Source: an uncultured SAR86 cluster bacterium
GTDB lineage: Bacteria > Pseudomonadota > Gammaproteobacteria > Magnimaribacterales > D2472
Reading direction: 5' to 3'
Assembly (NCBI GenBank): GCA_943788515.1
Contig: CALSQM010000003.1
Location: forward strand, 87,228 to 151,227
Length of the DNA stretch: 64,000 nucleotides
Shown here: positions 9,024 to 18,291 of the stretch, piece by piece
Position numbering within the stretch: the first letter of the stretch is position 1
How the letters are laid out: each line of letters starts with the position of its first letter
The notes under the pieces: model-generated
What the model was told of the DNA's origin: nothing
Seen by the model: only the letters and a program-made list of their open reading frames with translations
The model's database searches: none
Program-made: the position numbers and the translations under genes

Positions 9024-10505
9024 TTATGTGCCACAAAATGTTTTATATGAACTATCATCTCCTGAGAGGGGAGTTGAATATTCCCTCAAATCATCATTTT
9101 CTTTATGTGGGTTTTGTAAAATAGAAAATAATTTCTTAAAAGGTTCCATATTATTTTGTTTGGTAGCAGCTTGAAGAGCGGCTTCGACATTATGATTTCT
9201 AGGAACATATAGAGGATTAATATTATTCATGGATTCAGAAATTTCTTCATCAGGTATCCCTTCTTGAGAAATTCTTTCTTGCCAAAGCATTAACCAGGAA
9301 TTAAATTCCGAACATCCCTTAAATATATTTCTAATAGGCTTACTATCGCCAATTAGGCTTTTAGCAAGAAGCCTAAAGCAAAGAGTAAAATCAACTTTAT
9401 TTTTTTCCATTAAGTTTAACAAATTAATAATAAGCTCATAATCTGTTGGATCTTCTTTAGATAGTCCAATTTTAGAGCGCATTAATACCAACCAATAGTT
9501 TGTATATACTGGTTTAATTAGTTGAAGTACTTCTGTTAGCAATCTTATTGATTCATCTTTTTTGTGATGAACTAATTCAATCAAAGACTCAGCAAGTCTT
9601 GTTAAGTTCCAAGTTAAGATTGAAGGCTGATTTTGATATGCATATCTTCCCTTTGTATCAATTGAACTAAATACTGTTTGCGGATTGTATGTATTCATGA
9701 ATGCGCATGGACCATAATCAATTGTTTCGCCAGAAATGCTCATATTGTCAGTATTCATTACTCCATGAATAAAACCAATACTCATCCAGTTAGCAACTAA
9801 AGATGCCTGTTGGTTGCAGACAGCTGCAAAAAGAGCAAGATAGGGGTTCTCAACATTAGCTGTTTCAGGAAAATGTCGTGATATTGAATAGTCTGCTAAT
9901 TTTTTTATAAGTTTAGTGTCATTTTGAAGACTGGCAAATTCAAAGGTACCAATCCTAATGTGGCTTGAGGCGACTCTAGTCATCAATCCTCCAGGTAGGC
10001 TGGAACCTCTCTCTACTTGTTCGCCAGTTTTAATTACTGCTAATGCTCTAGTTGTAGGTATTCCTAATGCATGCATAGATTCGCTTAATAAATACTCTCT
10101 TAAAACAGGACCAAGTGCTGATTTACCATCCCCTCTTCTTGAAAATGGCGTTGGCCCTGATCCTTTAAGTTGAATGTCTCTTAATTCTCCCCTTTTATTA
10201 AGCACCTCACCAAGAAGCAGTGCTCTTCCATCACCAAGGTTTGGATTAAAACGACCAAATTGATGGCCAGAGTATGCCTGAGCCAGAGTAATTGAATTAA
10301 CAGGCCTCTTATTTCCTGAAAATATATCAAATGCATTCATTGAATAAAGGTTTTTAAGATCAATACCCAGCTCCAAGGCCAAATTATCATTCAATAAAAG
10401 CACTTCGGCTGACGGGTATGAAGTTGCAGAGCTCTCTTTATAAAGACCTTCTAAATCTTTAGCGAATGTATTTTGGAAATCAATTCCAAGGTCATTTTCT
10501 AACAT
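9024..10505 (-). CDS. selO: Protein adenylyltransferase SelO (YdiU family)
   Basis: AYSGHQFG...LGDGR, QLKGSGPTPFSRRGDG, GFIHGVMNTDN, IDYGP, C-terminal TFCGT. Confidence 0.95.
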   Translation of the reverse strand: MLENDLGIDFQNTFAKDLEGLYKESSATSYPSAEVLLLNDNLALELGIDLKNLYSMNAFDIFSGNKRPVNSITLAQAYSGHQFGRFNPNLGDGRALLLGEVLNKRGELRDIQLKGSGPTPFSRRGDGKSALGPVLREYLLSESMHALGIPTTRALAVIKTGEQVERGSSLPGGLMTRVASSHIRIGTFEFASLQNDTKLIKKLADYSISRHFPETANVENPYLALFAAVCNQQASLVANWMSIGFIHGVMNTDNMSISGETIDYGPCAFMNTYNPQTVFSSIDTKGRYAYQNQPSILTWNLTRLAESLIELVHHKKDESIRLLTEVLQLIKPVYTNYWLVLMRSKIGLSKEDPTDYELIINLLNLMEKNKVDFTLCFRLLAKSLIGDSKPIRNIFKGCSEFNSWLMLWQERISQEGIPDEEISESMNNINPLYVPRNHNVEAALQAATKQNNMEPFKKLFSILQNPHKENDDLREYSTPLSGDDSSYKTFCGT

Positions 10506-10598
10506 TTAATAAACTCTTAATTACCTTAATTATTTTTAACAATTCATTGTTGCTTCTTATATAATTTAAATCAAACGATTTTTATAGGGGAGAATCCA

Positions 10599-12224
10599 AT
10601 GATTGGAGATATGCAAAAATGGTCACCAAATGTAGCAAGCATCATAGAGCATGCTAAACAATTTCATCCAGAAAAAGAGGTTATTAGCAGAATGGTTTCT
10701 GGTGAGGTTCATAGAACAAATTATGACGAAGTATGTATAAGATCGAGAAAATTAGCATCTGCCTTGATTAAAGATGGTTATAAGGAAGGCGATGTTATAG
10801 CTACTTTAGCTTTAAATACTTATAGGCATTTAGAAATGTATTACGGGATTTCTGGTATGGGGGCTGTTACTCATACTCTAAACTTTAGATTACATCCTGA
10901 GCAAGCCGTCTACATTATTAATCATGCGGAAGATAAAATTATTTTTGTTGAGGTTCCTTTTGTACCGATTTTAGAAGCATTAAAAGACCAATTAAAGACT
11001 GTAGAAAAATATATTATTCTATGCGACCAATCTGAAATGCCAGACACTCAATTAAAAAATGCTATTTCATATGAAACCTATATTGAGGATGGGGATGATA
11101 ATTATGATTGGCCTCAATTAAAAGATGATGCTGCATGTGCACTATGTTACACATCAGGGACCACAGGAAACCCAAAAGGGGTCCTTTATTCGCATAAATC
11201 TAACATTCTTCATGCTCAGGCTTCTTTAACAGCAATGCTTATTAAGCCTAGCGACAGCATTTTAATGGTTGTTCCTTTATTTCATGTCCTGGCATGGGGT
11301 ATTCCTTACTATGGACCTATGTTTGGGCTAAAGCTTGTAATGCCTGGTATGCAAATGGAAGGCGAGCCTCTATATGACTTAATTGATAAAGAAGATGTTT
11401 CATTGGCGTTTGGCGTTCCTACAATATGGATGGGATTATTAGCTTACTGTAGGGAAAATAATAAGATTTTAAGCTCAGTTAAAAATACAATTATTGGAGG
11501 CTCGGCTCTCTCTTTGTCTACTCTCCAAGAATTTGATGAAGTTCACGATGTAAATGTTATTCATGCCTGGGGCATGACAGAAATGAGCCCTCTAGGAACT
11601 ACCAATGTCCCAACATTAGAGATGCAAGACATGAGTAAAAAAGAAAAATATGCCATTCAACTCAAACAAGGTAAGCCTATTTATGGAGTGGAGCTAAAAG
11701 TTGTTGATGATACAGGAAAAGACTTACCTCATGATGGTGAGTCCCAGGGGCATCTTTTAGTAAGAGGTCCATGGATTCTTCAGAAATACTTTAAAGCAGA
11801 AAATGATGCCGTAGATAAAGATGGCTGGTTTGATACTGGAGATATATCTGTTCTCGACCAAGATGGTTACATGACAATCAAGGATAGAGCAAAAGATGTC
11901 ATAAAATCAGGAGGAGAGTGGATTAGCTCGATTGATCTTGAAAATGCAGCATTTGGTCATCCTGACGTTGCAGAAGCTTGTGTCGTTGGTATACCTCATC
12001 CCAAATGGGACGAGAGACCAATGTTATTTATAGTTAGCAATACTGGTCAGGAGATTGATAAGCAGAGCATTTTAGATTTTCTAGCTTCAAAAGTTGCCAA
12101 ATGGTGGCTTCCCGATGAAATAATTTTCTTAAAAGAGTTGCCTCATGGCGCTACAGGAAAACTTCAAAAATTTGAATTAAGAGATGAATATACCAATTAT
12201 TATATGGAGAATAAAAATGCTTAA
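10599..12224 (+). CDS. Medium/long-chain acyl-CoA ligase (AlkK/DmdB-like adenylate-forming enzyme)
   Basis: YTSGTTGNPKG AMP-binding motif, AWGMTE, TGD, DRAKDVIKSGGEWISS, KWDERP. Confidence 0.9.
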   Translation: MIGDMQKWSPNVASIIEHAKQFHPEKEVISRMVSGEVHRTNYDEVCIRSRKLASALIKDGYKEGDVIATLALNTYRHLEMYYGISGMGAVTHTLNFRLHPEQAVYIINHAEDKIIFVEVPFVPILEALKDQLKTVEKYIILCDQSEMPDTQLKNAISYETYIEDGDDNYDWPQLKDDAACALCYTSGTTGNPKGVLYSHKSNILHAQASLTAMLIKPSDSILMVVPLFHVLAWGIPYYGPMFGLKLVMPGMQMEGEPLYDLIDKEDVSLAFGVPTIWMGLLAYCRENNKILSSVKNTIIGGSALSLSTLQEFDEVHDVNVIHAWGMTEMSPLGTTNVPTLEMQDMSKKEKYAIQLKQGKPIYGVELKVVDDTGKDLPHDGESQGHLLVRGPWILQKYFKAENDAVDKDGWFDTGDISVLDQDGYMTIKDRAKDVIKSGGEWISSIDLENAAFGHPDVAEACVVGIPHPKWDERPMLFIVSNTGQEIDKQSILDFLASKVAKWWLPDEIIFLKELPHGATGKLQKFELRDEYTNYYMENKNA

Positions 12225-12678
12225 AGTAGTTAAACCATCGGAAATAGAGTCAGTTATAGGAACAGAAGTTGGGTTATCAGACTGGGTAAAGGTTGACCAA
12301 GAAAGAATTAATAAATTTGCTGAAGCTACCCTAGACAATCAATTTATACATGTTGATCCTGAACAAGCAACACCAGTATTTGGTTCCACTATTGCTCATG
12401 GGTTTCTTTCTTTATCTTTGGCTGCAGGTATTCCATTTGATCAAGAAATGGGTCTTGTTCTTGAGGGAACAAAAATGGGTCTAAATTATGGTTTAGATAA
12501 AGTAAGATTTTTAAGCCCAGTTCCAGTTGATTCAGAAGTTAGAATAAGAATGGAGTGTCTAGATATTTCTGAAAAAAATCCAGGACAATTTCTTTCTAAG
12601 ACTAAAGTGACAATGGAAATAAAGGGCGTTGAAAAACCAGCTTATATTGCTGAAACTTTGAGTATGTTTATTCTCTAG
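12217..12678 (+). CDS. MaoC/NodN-family (R)-enoyl-CoA hydratase (start probably 12217)
   Basis: FAEATLDNQFIHVDP, TIAHGFL, NYGLDKVRF; overlaps the ligase stop; SD GGAG. Confidence 0.9.
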   Translation: MLKVVKPSEIESVIGTEVGLSDWVKVDQERINKFAEATLDNQFIHVDPEQATPVFGSTIAHGFLSLSLAAGIPFDQEMGLVLEGTKMGLNYGLDKVRFLSPVPVDSEVRIRMECLDISEKNPGQFLSKTKVTMEIKGVEKPAYIAETLSMFIL

Positions 12679-12679
12679 G

Positions 12680-14110
12680 TTAGCTATCCAACAGATTTTT
12701 TAGAATATCATTTACACTTTTGGGGTTTGCTTTGCCTTGCGTTTCTTTCATTACTTGCCCAACAAAGAAACCAAAAAGTTTGTCTTTACCACCCTTATAG
12801 GCTCCTACCTGTGAAGGATTGTCATTAATAATTCTCTGAGCAATTTCTTCTAATACAGACTCATCTTGAATCTGAACAAGTCCCTTATCCTTGATGATGT
12901 TATCAACATCATGCCCTGACTCCCAAACTTCTTCTAAGACAGATTTAGCTATTTTTCCTGAAATAGTCTTATCTGATATCCTCTCAATAAGAGTAGCAAA
13001 ATTATTTGAGCTTAGTTTTGACTCTTCAATGTCAATATTGTCTTTGTTTAAAAGCGCACTTACATCGCCAACCAACCAATTAGCTACTAATTTTGAATCA
13101 TCGGTTTTCGAGCATGCATCTTCAAACATGTTAGCCATGGTCTTAGAAGAAGAAATTATTTTTGCTTCCGCTTCCTCTAAATTAGCTTCAGACATATATC
13201 TTTTTTCTTTTTCATCTGGAAGCTCTGGTAAGTTATTTTTTATATCATTAAATTCATTATCTGATATTACAACTGGAAGAAGATCAGGGCAGGGGAAGTA
13301 CCTATAATCATTCGCCTCTTCTTTTGATCTCATAGATCTTGTTTCGTTTTTAACGCTATCGTAAAGTCTTGTTTCTTGAACTACAGACTCTCCGGATTCG
13401 ATTATTCTTATTTGTCGATCAATTTCAAAATTAATCGCTCTTTCTATAAACTTAAACGAATTAATATTCTTAATTTCTGCTCTTGTGCCAAGTTTTTCAT
13501 CTTCCTGTTTTTTAATAGAAACATTTACATCGCATCTCATGGATCCTTGTGCCATATTTCCATCACATATATCTAAGAATGTTACAAGTTGCCTTACAGC
13601 CTTAAAGTAGGCAACAGCCTCCTTAGCGTTAGATATCTCCGGCTCTGAAACTATTTCTAATAATGGTGTCCCAGCACGATTTAAATCAACACCGGTTTCA
13701 CCATCAAATAAATCATGAATCGATTTGCCTGCATCCTCTTCTAGATGAGCTCTAGTAATGTTAATAATTTTTTCGGAACCATCCACATCAATTTTAATAG
13801 AACCCTTTCCAACAATAGGCATTGCCATCTGGGTGATTTGATATCCTTTTGGCAAATCTGGATAAAAATAGTTTTTTCTATCGAAAGATGATGTTTGATT
13901 TATCTCAGCATTTGTAGCCAAACCAAAACGAATAGCTTTGTAGAATGCCTCTCTGTTTGCAACCGGCAAGACTCCAGGCAGCCCCATATCTATAAGATCT
14001 ACATGTGTGTTTGGCTCAGCACCGAAGCCAGTTGACCCACCTGAAAATAATTTAGAATTGGTAGATAATTGAACGTGTATCTCTAACCCTATAACTGTTT
14101 CCCAGCTCAT
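12680..14110 (-). CDS. gatB: Asp/Glu-tRNA amidotransferase subunit B
   Basis: IGLEIHVQL, RKNYFYPDLPKGYQITQ, DYRYFP. Confidence 0.98.
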   Translation of the reverse strand: MSWETVIGLEIHVQLSTNSKLFSGGSTGFGAEPNTHVDLIDMGLPGVLPVANREAFYKAIRFGLATNAEINQTSSFDRKNYFYPDLPKGYQITQMAMPIVGKGSIKIDVDGSEKIINITRAHLEEDAGKSIHDLFDGETGVDLNRAGTPLLEIVSEPEISNAKEAVAYFKAVRQLVTFLDICDGNMAQGSMRCDVNVSIKKQEDEKLGTRAEIKNINSFKFIERAINFEIDRQIRIIESGESVVQETRLYDSVKNETRSMRSKEEANDYRYFPCPDLLPVVISDNEFNDIKNNLPELPDEKEKRYMSEANLEEAEAKIISSSKTMANMFEDACSKTDDSKLVANWLVGDVSALLNKDNIDIEESKLSSNNFATLIERISDKTISGKIAKSVLEEVWESGHDVDNIIKDKGLVQIQDESVLEEIAQRIINDNPSQVGAYKGGKDKLFGFFVGQVMKETQGKANPKSVNDILKNLLDS

Positions 14111-15561
14111 TATATATTTTCTCCACTTGGTGTTTTAAGGTGGAAGTCTGTTGTTTTTTGAAAATTATGTGCGAATTTAAGGAGCTTGTTTTCTTCAAGG
14201 AAATTGCCAATCAATTGGAGACCTATCGGCTTGTTATCAACAAACCCATTTGGAATTGATAGGGCTGGAAGCCCTGCTAAGTTTGCAGGAATCGTAAATA
14301 AATCTTCTAAATACATTTGAATAGGATCACTGCCTTTTGATCCAGCTTCAAATGCAGGCCCTCTTGTAGTTGGAGACATTAGAACGTCAACTTTTAAAAA
14401 TGCCTCATCAAAATCATTTTTAATTAGTCTTCTTACCTGTTGAGCTTTTTTATAGTATGCATCATAGAATCCTGCTGATAAAACATAAGATCCAATAAGT
14501 ATTCTTCTCTTAACTTCATCACCAAAGCCTTCCGATCTTGTTCTGATATATAAATCTTCTAAGTTTTTTGGGTCATCGCATCTTTTTCCAAATTTCACTC
14601 CATCAAACCTTGAAAGATTTGATGAACATTCAGCTGGCGCAACGACATAATAAGTAGGGACAGATAATGAAATATTTGGAAGTGAGATCTCTATAAATTC
14701 TGCTCCTAAAGATTCATAGTGTTTTTTAGATTCTTCAAAAACCTTTACAACCTCATTATCAAGTTGTGAAAGATCAAATTCCTTTACAATACCTATTTTC
14801 ATTCCCTTAATTGGTTGGTCAATATCTTTAGTAAAATCAGGAATATGTTCATTCAATGATGTTGTATCTTTATTGTCGTGCGAGCACATTTCATTTAGTA
14901 AAATTGCACAATCTTCAGCTGTTCTGGCCATTGGTCCAGCCTGGTCTAGGCTTGATGCAAAAGCAATCATTCCCCATCTTGATATTCTTCCATATGTTGG
15001 TTTTAACCCAGTAATTCCACATAAAGAAGCAGGTTGTCTGATTGACCCACCAGTATCAGTGCCAGTTGCTGCTGGAACTATGCCACTAGATACAGCAGAT
15101 GCAGAGCCCCCAGAACTTCCACCTGGAACAAGATTCTTTCCCCATGGGTTTTCAACATTTCCATAAAAACTTGTCTCATTAGAAGAGCCCATAGCAAACT
15201 CATCCATATTAGTCTTTCCAACTGAAATACATCCAGCATTTTCAAGGTTAGAGATAACAGTAGCTGAGTATGGAGGTATGAAACTTGAAAGCATATTAGA
15301 GCCACAAGTTGTTCTTAAATCTTTAGTGCAAAATAGATCCTTCTGAGCAATTGGTATTCCTGCTAACAATGAATCATTTTTCTTGCTATCAAGTAAAGTT
15401 GCTTTTTCAATTGCCATATCTTTGTTTAAGGTTATGAATGCATTCAGATCCATTTTAGATTCTATTAATGTAAAAGTTTCATTAATAAGTTCCTTATAAG
15501 AAATCTCTTTATTTTGAAGCATACTAGTAAGGTTTTTAATACTTTTGTATTGAATGCTCAT
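14110..15561 (-). CDS. gatA: Asp/Glu-tRNA amidotransferase subunit A
   Basis: Amidase signature GGSSGGS, DTGGSIRQPA. Confidence 0.98.
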   Translation of the reverse strand: MSIQYKSIKNLTSMLQNKEISYKELINETFTLIESKMDLNAFITLNKDMAIEKATLLDSKKNDSLLAGIPIAQKDLFCTKDLRTTCGSNMLSSFIPPYSATVISNLENAGCISVGKTNMDEFAMGSSNETSFYGNVENPWGKNLVPGGSSGGSASAVSSGIVPAATGTDTGGSIRQPASLCGITGLKPTYGRISRWGMIAFASSLDQAGPMARTAEDCAILLNEMCSHDNKDTTSLNEHIPDFTKDIDQPIKGMKIGIVKEFDLSQLDNEVVKVFEESKKHYESLGAEFIEISLPNISLSVPTYYVVAPAECSSNLSRFDGVKFGKRCDDPKNLEDLYIRTRSEGFGDEVKRRILIGSYVLSAGFYDAYYKKAQQVRRLIKNDFDEAFLKVDVLMSPTTRGPAFEAGSKGSDPIQMYLEDLFTIPANLAGLPALSIPNGFVDNKPIGLQLIGNFLEENKLLKFAHNFQKTTDFHLKTPSGENI

Positions 15562-15839
15562 TCCACAACCCTAGGCACTAAAAAGTAATCTTCATTTGAT
15601 TTTGGAGCCCTATCTAAAAAAGTATCTTTTCTATTTTCAGCAGTGACTTTGTCTTCTCTGGTTTGAGCTTTCTTTTCTAATGGGTTAGTTAATGGCTCTA
15701 TTCCATCAACATTAGCATTATCTAATTGATCAACAAATTTGATAATATTTTCAAGATCAGCTGTTATTTTATCTTCATTCCCTTCATCCAAGGCAATTCT
15801 TGAAAGATAAGCTATGGTTGTAACTGTTTTCTTGTCCAT
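15558..15839 (-). CDS. gatC: Asp/Glu-tRNA amidotransferase subunit C
   Basis: IAYLSRI...REDKV...YFLVPRVVE; first gene of gatCAB. Confidence 0.95.
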   Translation of the reverse strand: MDKKTVTTIAYLSRIALDEGNEDKITADLENIIKFVDQLDNANVDGIEPLTNPLEKKAQTREDKVTAENRKDTFLDRAPKSNEDYFLVPRVVE

Positions 15840-15916
15840 ATATAGGATATTATTATAAATTAGATGGGGATATTAACCCAACTAAACTATTATTTACATA
15901 TTTTTTAAGGATTACC

Positions 15917-16966
15917 GTGGATTTCAATATTTTCAAGACAATAAGAGGGTATTTTTCTAATGATTTATCAATTGATTTAGGAACTGCTAATACGCTTATT
16001 TATACCAAAGATGTTGGCATTGTTCTCGACGAACCATCAGTTGTAGCAATTAGAGAGGCCAGGGGTCAAAAAACTGTTGTTGCAGTTGGCACAGAGGCTA
16101 AGAAGATGCTTGGAAGAACACCAGGAAACATAAAAGCAATTCGCCCTTTATCTGAAGGTGTAATAGCAGACTTTCAAGTTACTGAGAAAATGCTCCAACA
16201 TTTTATTGCAAAGGTTCATGAACAACGATTTATTAAACCAAGCCCTAGAGTTTTAGTTTGTGTTCCTTGCAGATCAACCCAAGTTGAAAGAAGAGCTATT
16301 AGGGAGTCAGTTTTAGGCGCTGGTGCAAGAGATGTAAAACTTATTGAAGAACCGATGGCTGCTGCAATAGGAGCAGGTCTTCCAGTTGAGGAAGCTAGCG
16401 GTAACATGGTTGTTGATATAGGTGGAGGCACATCAGAAATTGCTATTCTTTCTTTGAATGGAGTCGTCTATGCAGAATCTGTAAAAATTGGTGGAGATAA
16501 GATGGATGAGTCAATAACATCATGGATTAGAAGAAATTATGGATGTGTTATAGGTGAGTCAACAGCAGAAAAAATTAAATATACTATTGGATGTGCTACT
16601 CCAGATTCTGAAAAACTTGAAATGTCAATAACTGGAAGAAATCTTGCAGAAGGCATACCAGAAACTTTTACTATTAATAGTGATCAGATTTTTGAAGCAA
16701 TGAAAGATCCTTTGTATGGCATAGTCAGAGCTATTCGAAATGCATTAGAACTCTCACCCCCAGAGTTGGCAGCTGATATTGCTGAAAGGGGCATAGTTCT
16801 TACCGGAGGAGGGGCTTTGATGAGAGATTTAGATAACCTTATTTCAAGTTCGACGGGAATACCTGTTATTGTTGCAGAAGATCCTTTGACATGCGTAGCA
16901 AGGGGTGGCGGGCAAGCTCTTGAAATAATGGATAAATATAATATCGATCTCCTTTCTTCAGAATAA
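15917..16966 (+). CDS. mreB: Rod shape-determining protein MreB
   Basis: [25 protein letters not shown]. Confidence 0.98.
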   Translation: MDFNIFKTIRGYFSNDLSIDLGTANTLIYTKDVGIVLDEPSVVAIREARGQKTVVAVGTEAKKMLGRTPGNIKAIRPLSEGVIADFQVTEKMLQHFIAKVHEQRFIKPSPRVLVCVPCRSTQVERRAIRESVLGAGARDVKLIEEPMAAAIGAGLPVEEASGNMVVDIGGGTSEIAILSLNGVVYAESVKIGGDKMDESITSWIRRNYGCVIGESTAEKIKYTIGCATPDSEKLEMSITGRNLAEGIPETFTINSDQIFEAMKDPLYGIVRAIRNALELSPPELAADIAERGIVLTGGGALMRDLDNLISSSTGIPVIVAEDPLTCVARGGGQALEIMDKYNIDLLSSE

Positions 16967-16972
16967 AAGAGC

Positions 16973-17803
16973 ATGTCAAGGGTGGCACCCACAAGAGGCT
17001 CTAAAACACTATCATTTTTATTTATTTTGCTTTCAGCGCTTTTGCTTTACCTAGACACCACTTATAAAAGTTTTGAGGGGATTAAAAATACATATAAGTC
17101 GTTTGAAATATCCACTTCTTATTTTTTTAAAAAGTTAGCAATAGATCCAATTTTATATGTTTATGAGTTATCTTCAGATAAAACATACTTAATAAAAGAG
17201 AATAAAGAACTTAAATTAGCACTAGATGAAAGTCACCTCTATAATTTTATAATTTCTAAAGATTCTAATTTTTTTGCAAATGATGAACTTATTGAAGCCT
17301 TCATAATTAAGAATGGAATAAATGATATCTTTTATCTTTCAAGAGTTAGGTCTTTTGATACTCAGCTTTATTTTTGCTGTAGCCAGCATAGAGTATTTAT
17401 TGAGATTTTTAATAAACCTAGCGTCAACTTAGTTGGTAGCCCGGTTATTAATAGCACTGGTATTATAGGCCAAGTCATTCATGATAATGATATTCTCGAA
17501 GTCCTTCTTTTAACAGATAAATCGCATGTCATTCCTGTGGAATCAGAAAATCATTTCTGCAATGCACAAGGTAACGGGACTCCAGGAAAAATTTATTGTA
17601 CATATAGTACTTTACTTTGGCCTGAAGAAATTAAGCAAGGCCAGAGTTTCTTATCTTCAGGCATGGGTGGAGTATATCCAAAAGGTTTATTAGTTGGTTT
17701 TGTGGGTGAAATTAAAAAAATTGATGACTCTAAGTTTCGTTTTGAGATTGAACTGGTATCAGACCCTCTTCAAGAAAATATTCTAGGAGTTTTGGAAAAC
17801 TAA
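16973..17803 (+). CDS. mreC: Rod shape-determining protein MreC (divergent)
   Basis: N-terminal TM, coiled coil, GIIGQV, SSGMGGVYPKGLLVG. Confidence 0.9.
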   Translation: MSRVAPTRGSKTLSFLFILLSALLLYLDTTYKSFEGIKNTYKSFEISTSYFFKKLAIDPILYVYELSSDKTYLIKENKELKLALDESHLYNFIISKDSNFFANDELIEAFIIKNGINDIFYLSRVRSFDTQLYFCCSQHRVFIEIFNKPSVNLVGSPVINSTGIIGQVIHDNDILEVLLLTDKSHVIPVESENHFCNAQGNGTPGKIYCTYSTLLWPEEIKQGQSFLSSGMGGVYPKGLLVGFVGEIKKIDDSKFRFEIELVSDPLQENILGVLEN

Positions 17804-18279
17804 TGAACTATATAAGTATACCTAAAGTTATTCTAATATTATTTGTAGTTAATCATATAGAGTCATTAACAGCTCCAATTTTAATTCAGGCTTTTATCAA
17901 CTTACCTTTAACTTTTTTAGTATTCAGTCTCGTTGTGTATAGGTCGAACTCGAATCCAGGTTCTATTTTTGCATTTTTTATTGGTTTCTATGTTGATATT
18001 ATTTCAGATTCTCCGATTGGTCTAAATGCAATGCTATTTTGTATGATGTCATATTTAATTAATAGCTATTCAAATACATTTAGGCTATTTTCATCTTTCC
18101 AAGTCTGCTTATTCTTTAGCGCATCTTCATTATTTTTTATAGGGTTCAAAAACCTTTTTATAAATATTGAAAATTTTTCATATTTAGAGCTTTTTATTAG
18201 CTTTATATTTAATAGCTTCTTATTAATAATCTTATCAATTTCAAGATTTAACTTCTTAAGAATAATACCCAGAGGATAA
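17803..18279 (+). CDS. mreD: Rod shape-determining protein MreD
   Basis: Polytopic membrane protein; AFFIG..VDII...PIGLNA; follows mreC. Confidence 0.88.
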   Translation: MNYISIPKVILILFVVNHIESLTAPILIQAFINLPLTFLVFSLVVYRSNSNPGSIFAFFIGFYVDIISDSPIGLNAMLFCMMSYLINSYSNTFRLFSSFQVCLFFSASSLFFIGFKNLFINIENFSYLELFISFIFNSFLLIILSISRFNFLRIIPRG

Positions 18280-18291
18280 TTATTAAGTAAT

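Noticed and set aside
9024..9040. Selenocysteine recoding at the SelO C-terminus
   Set aside because: The gene ends TGT GGC ACA TAA (Cys form); there is no in-frame TGA.
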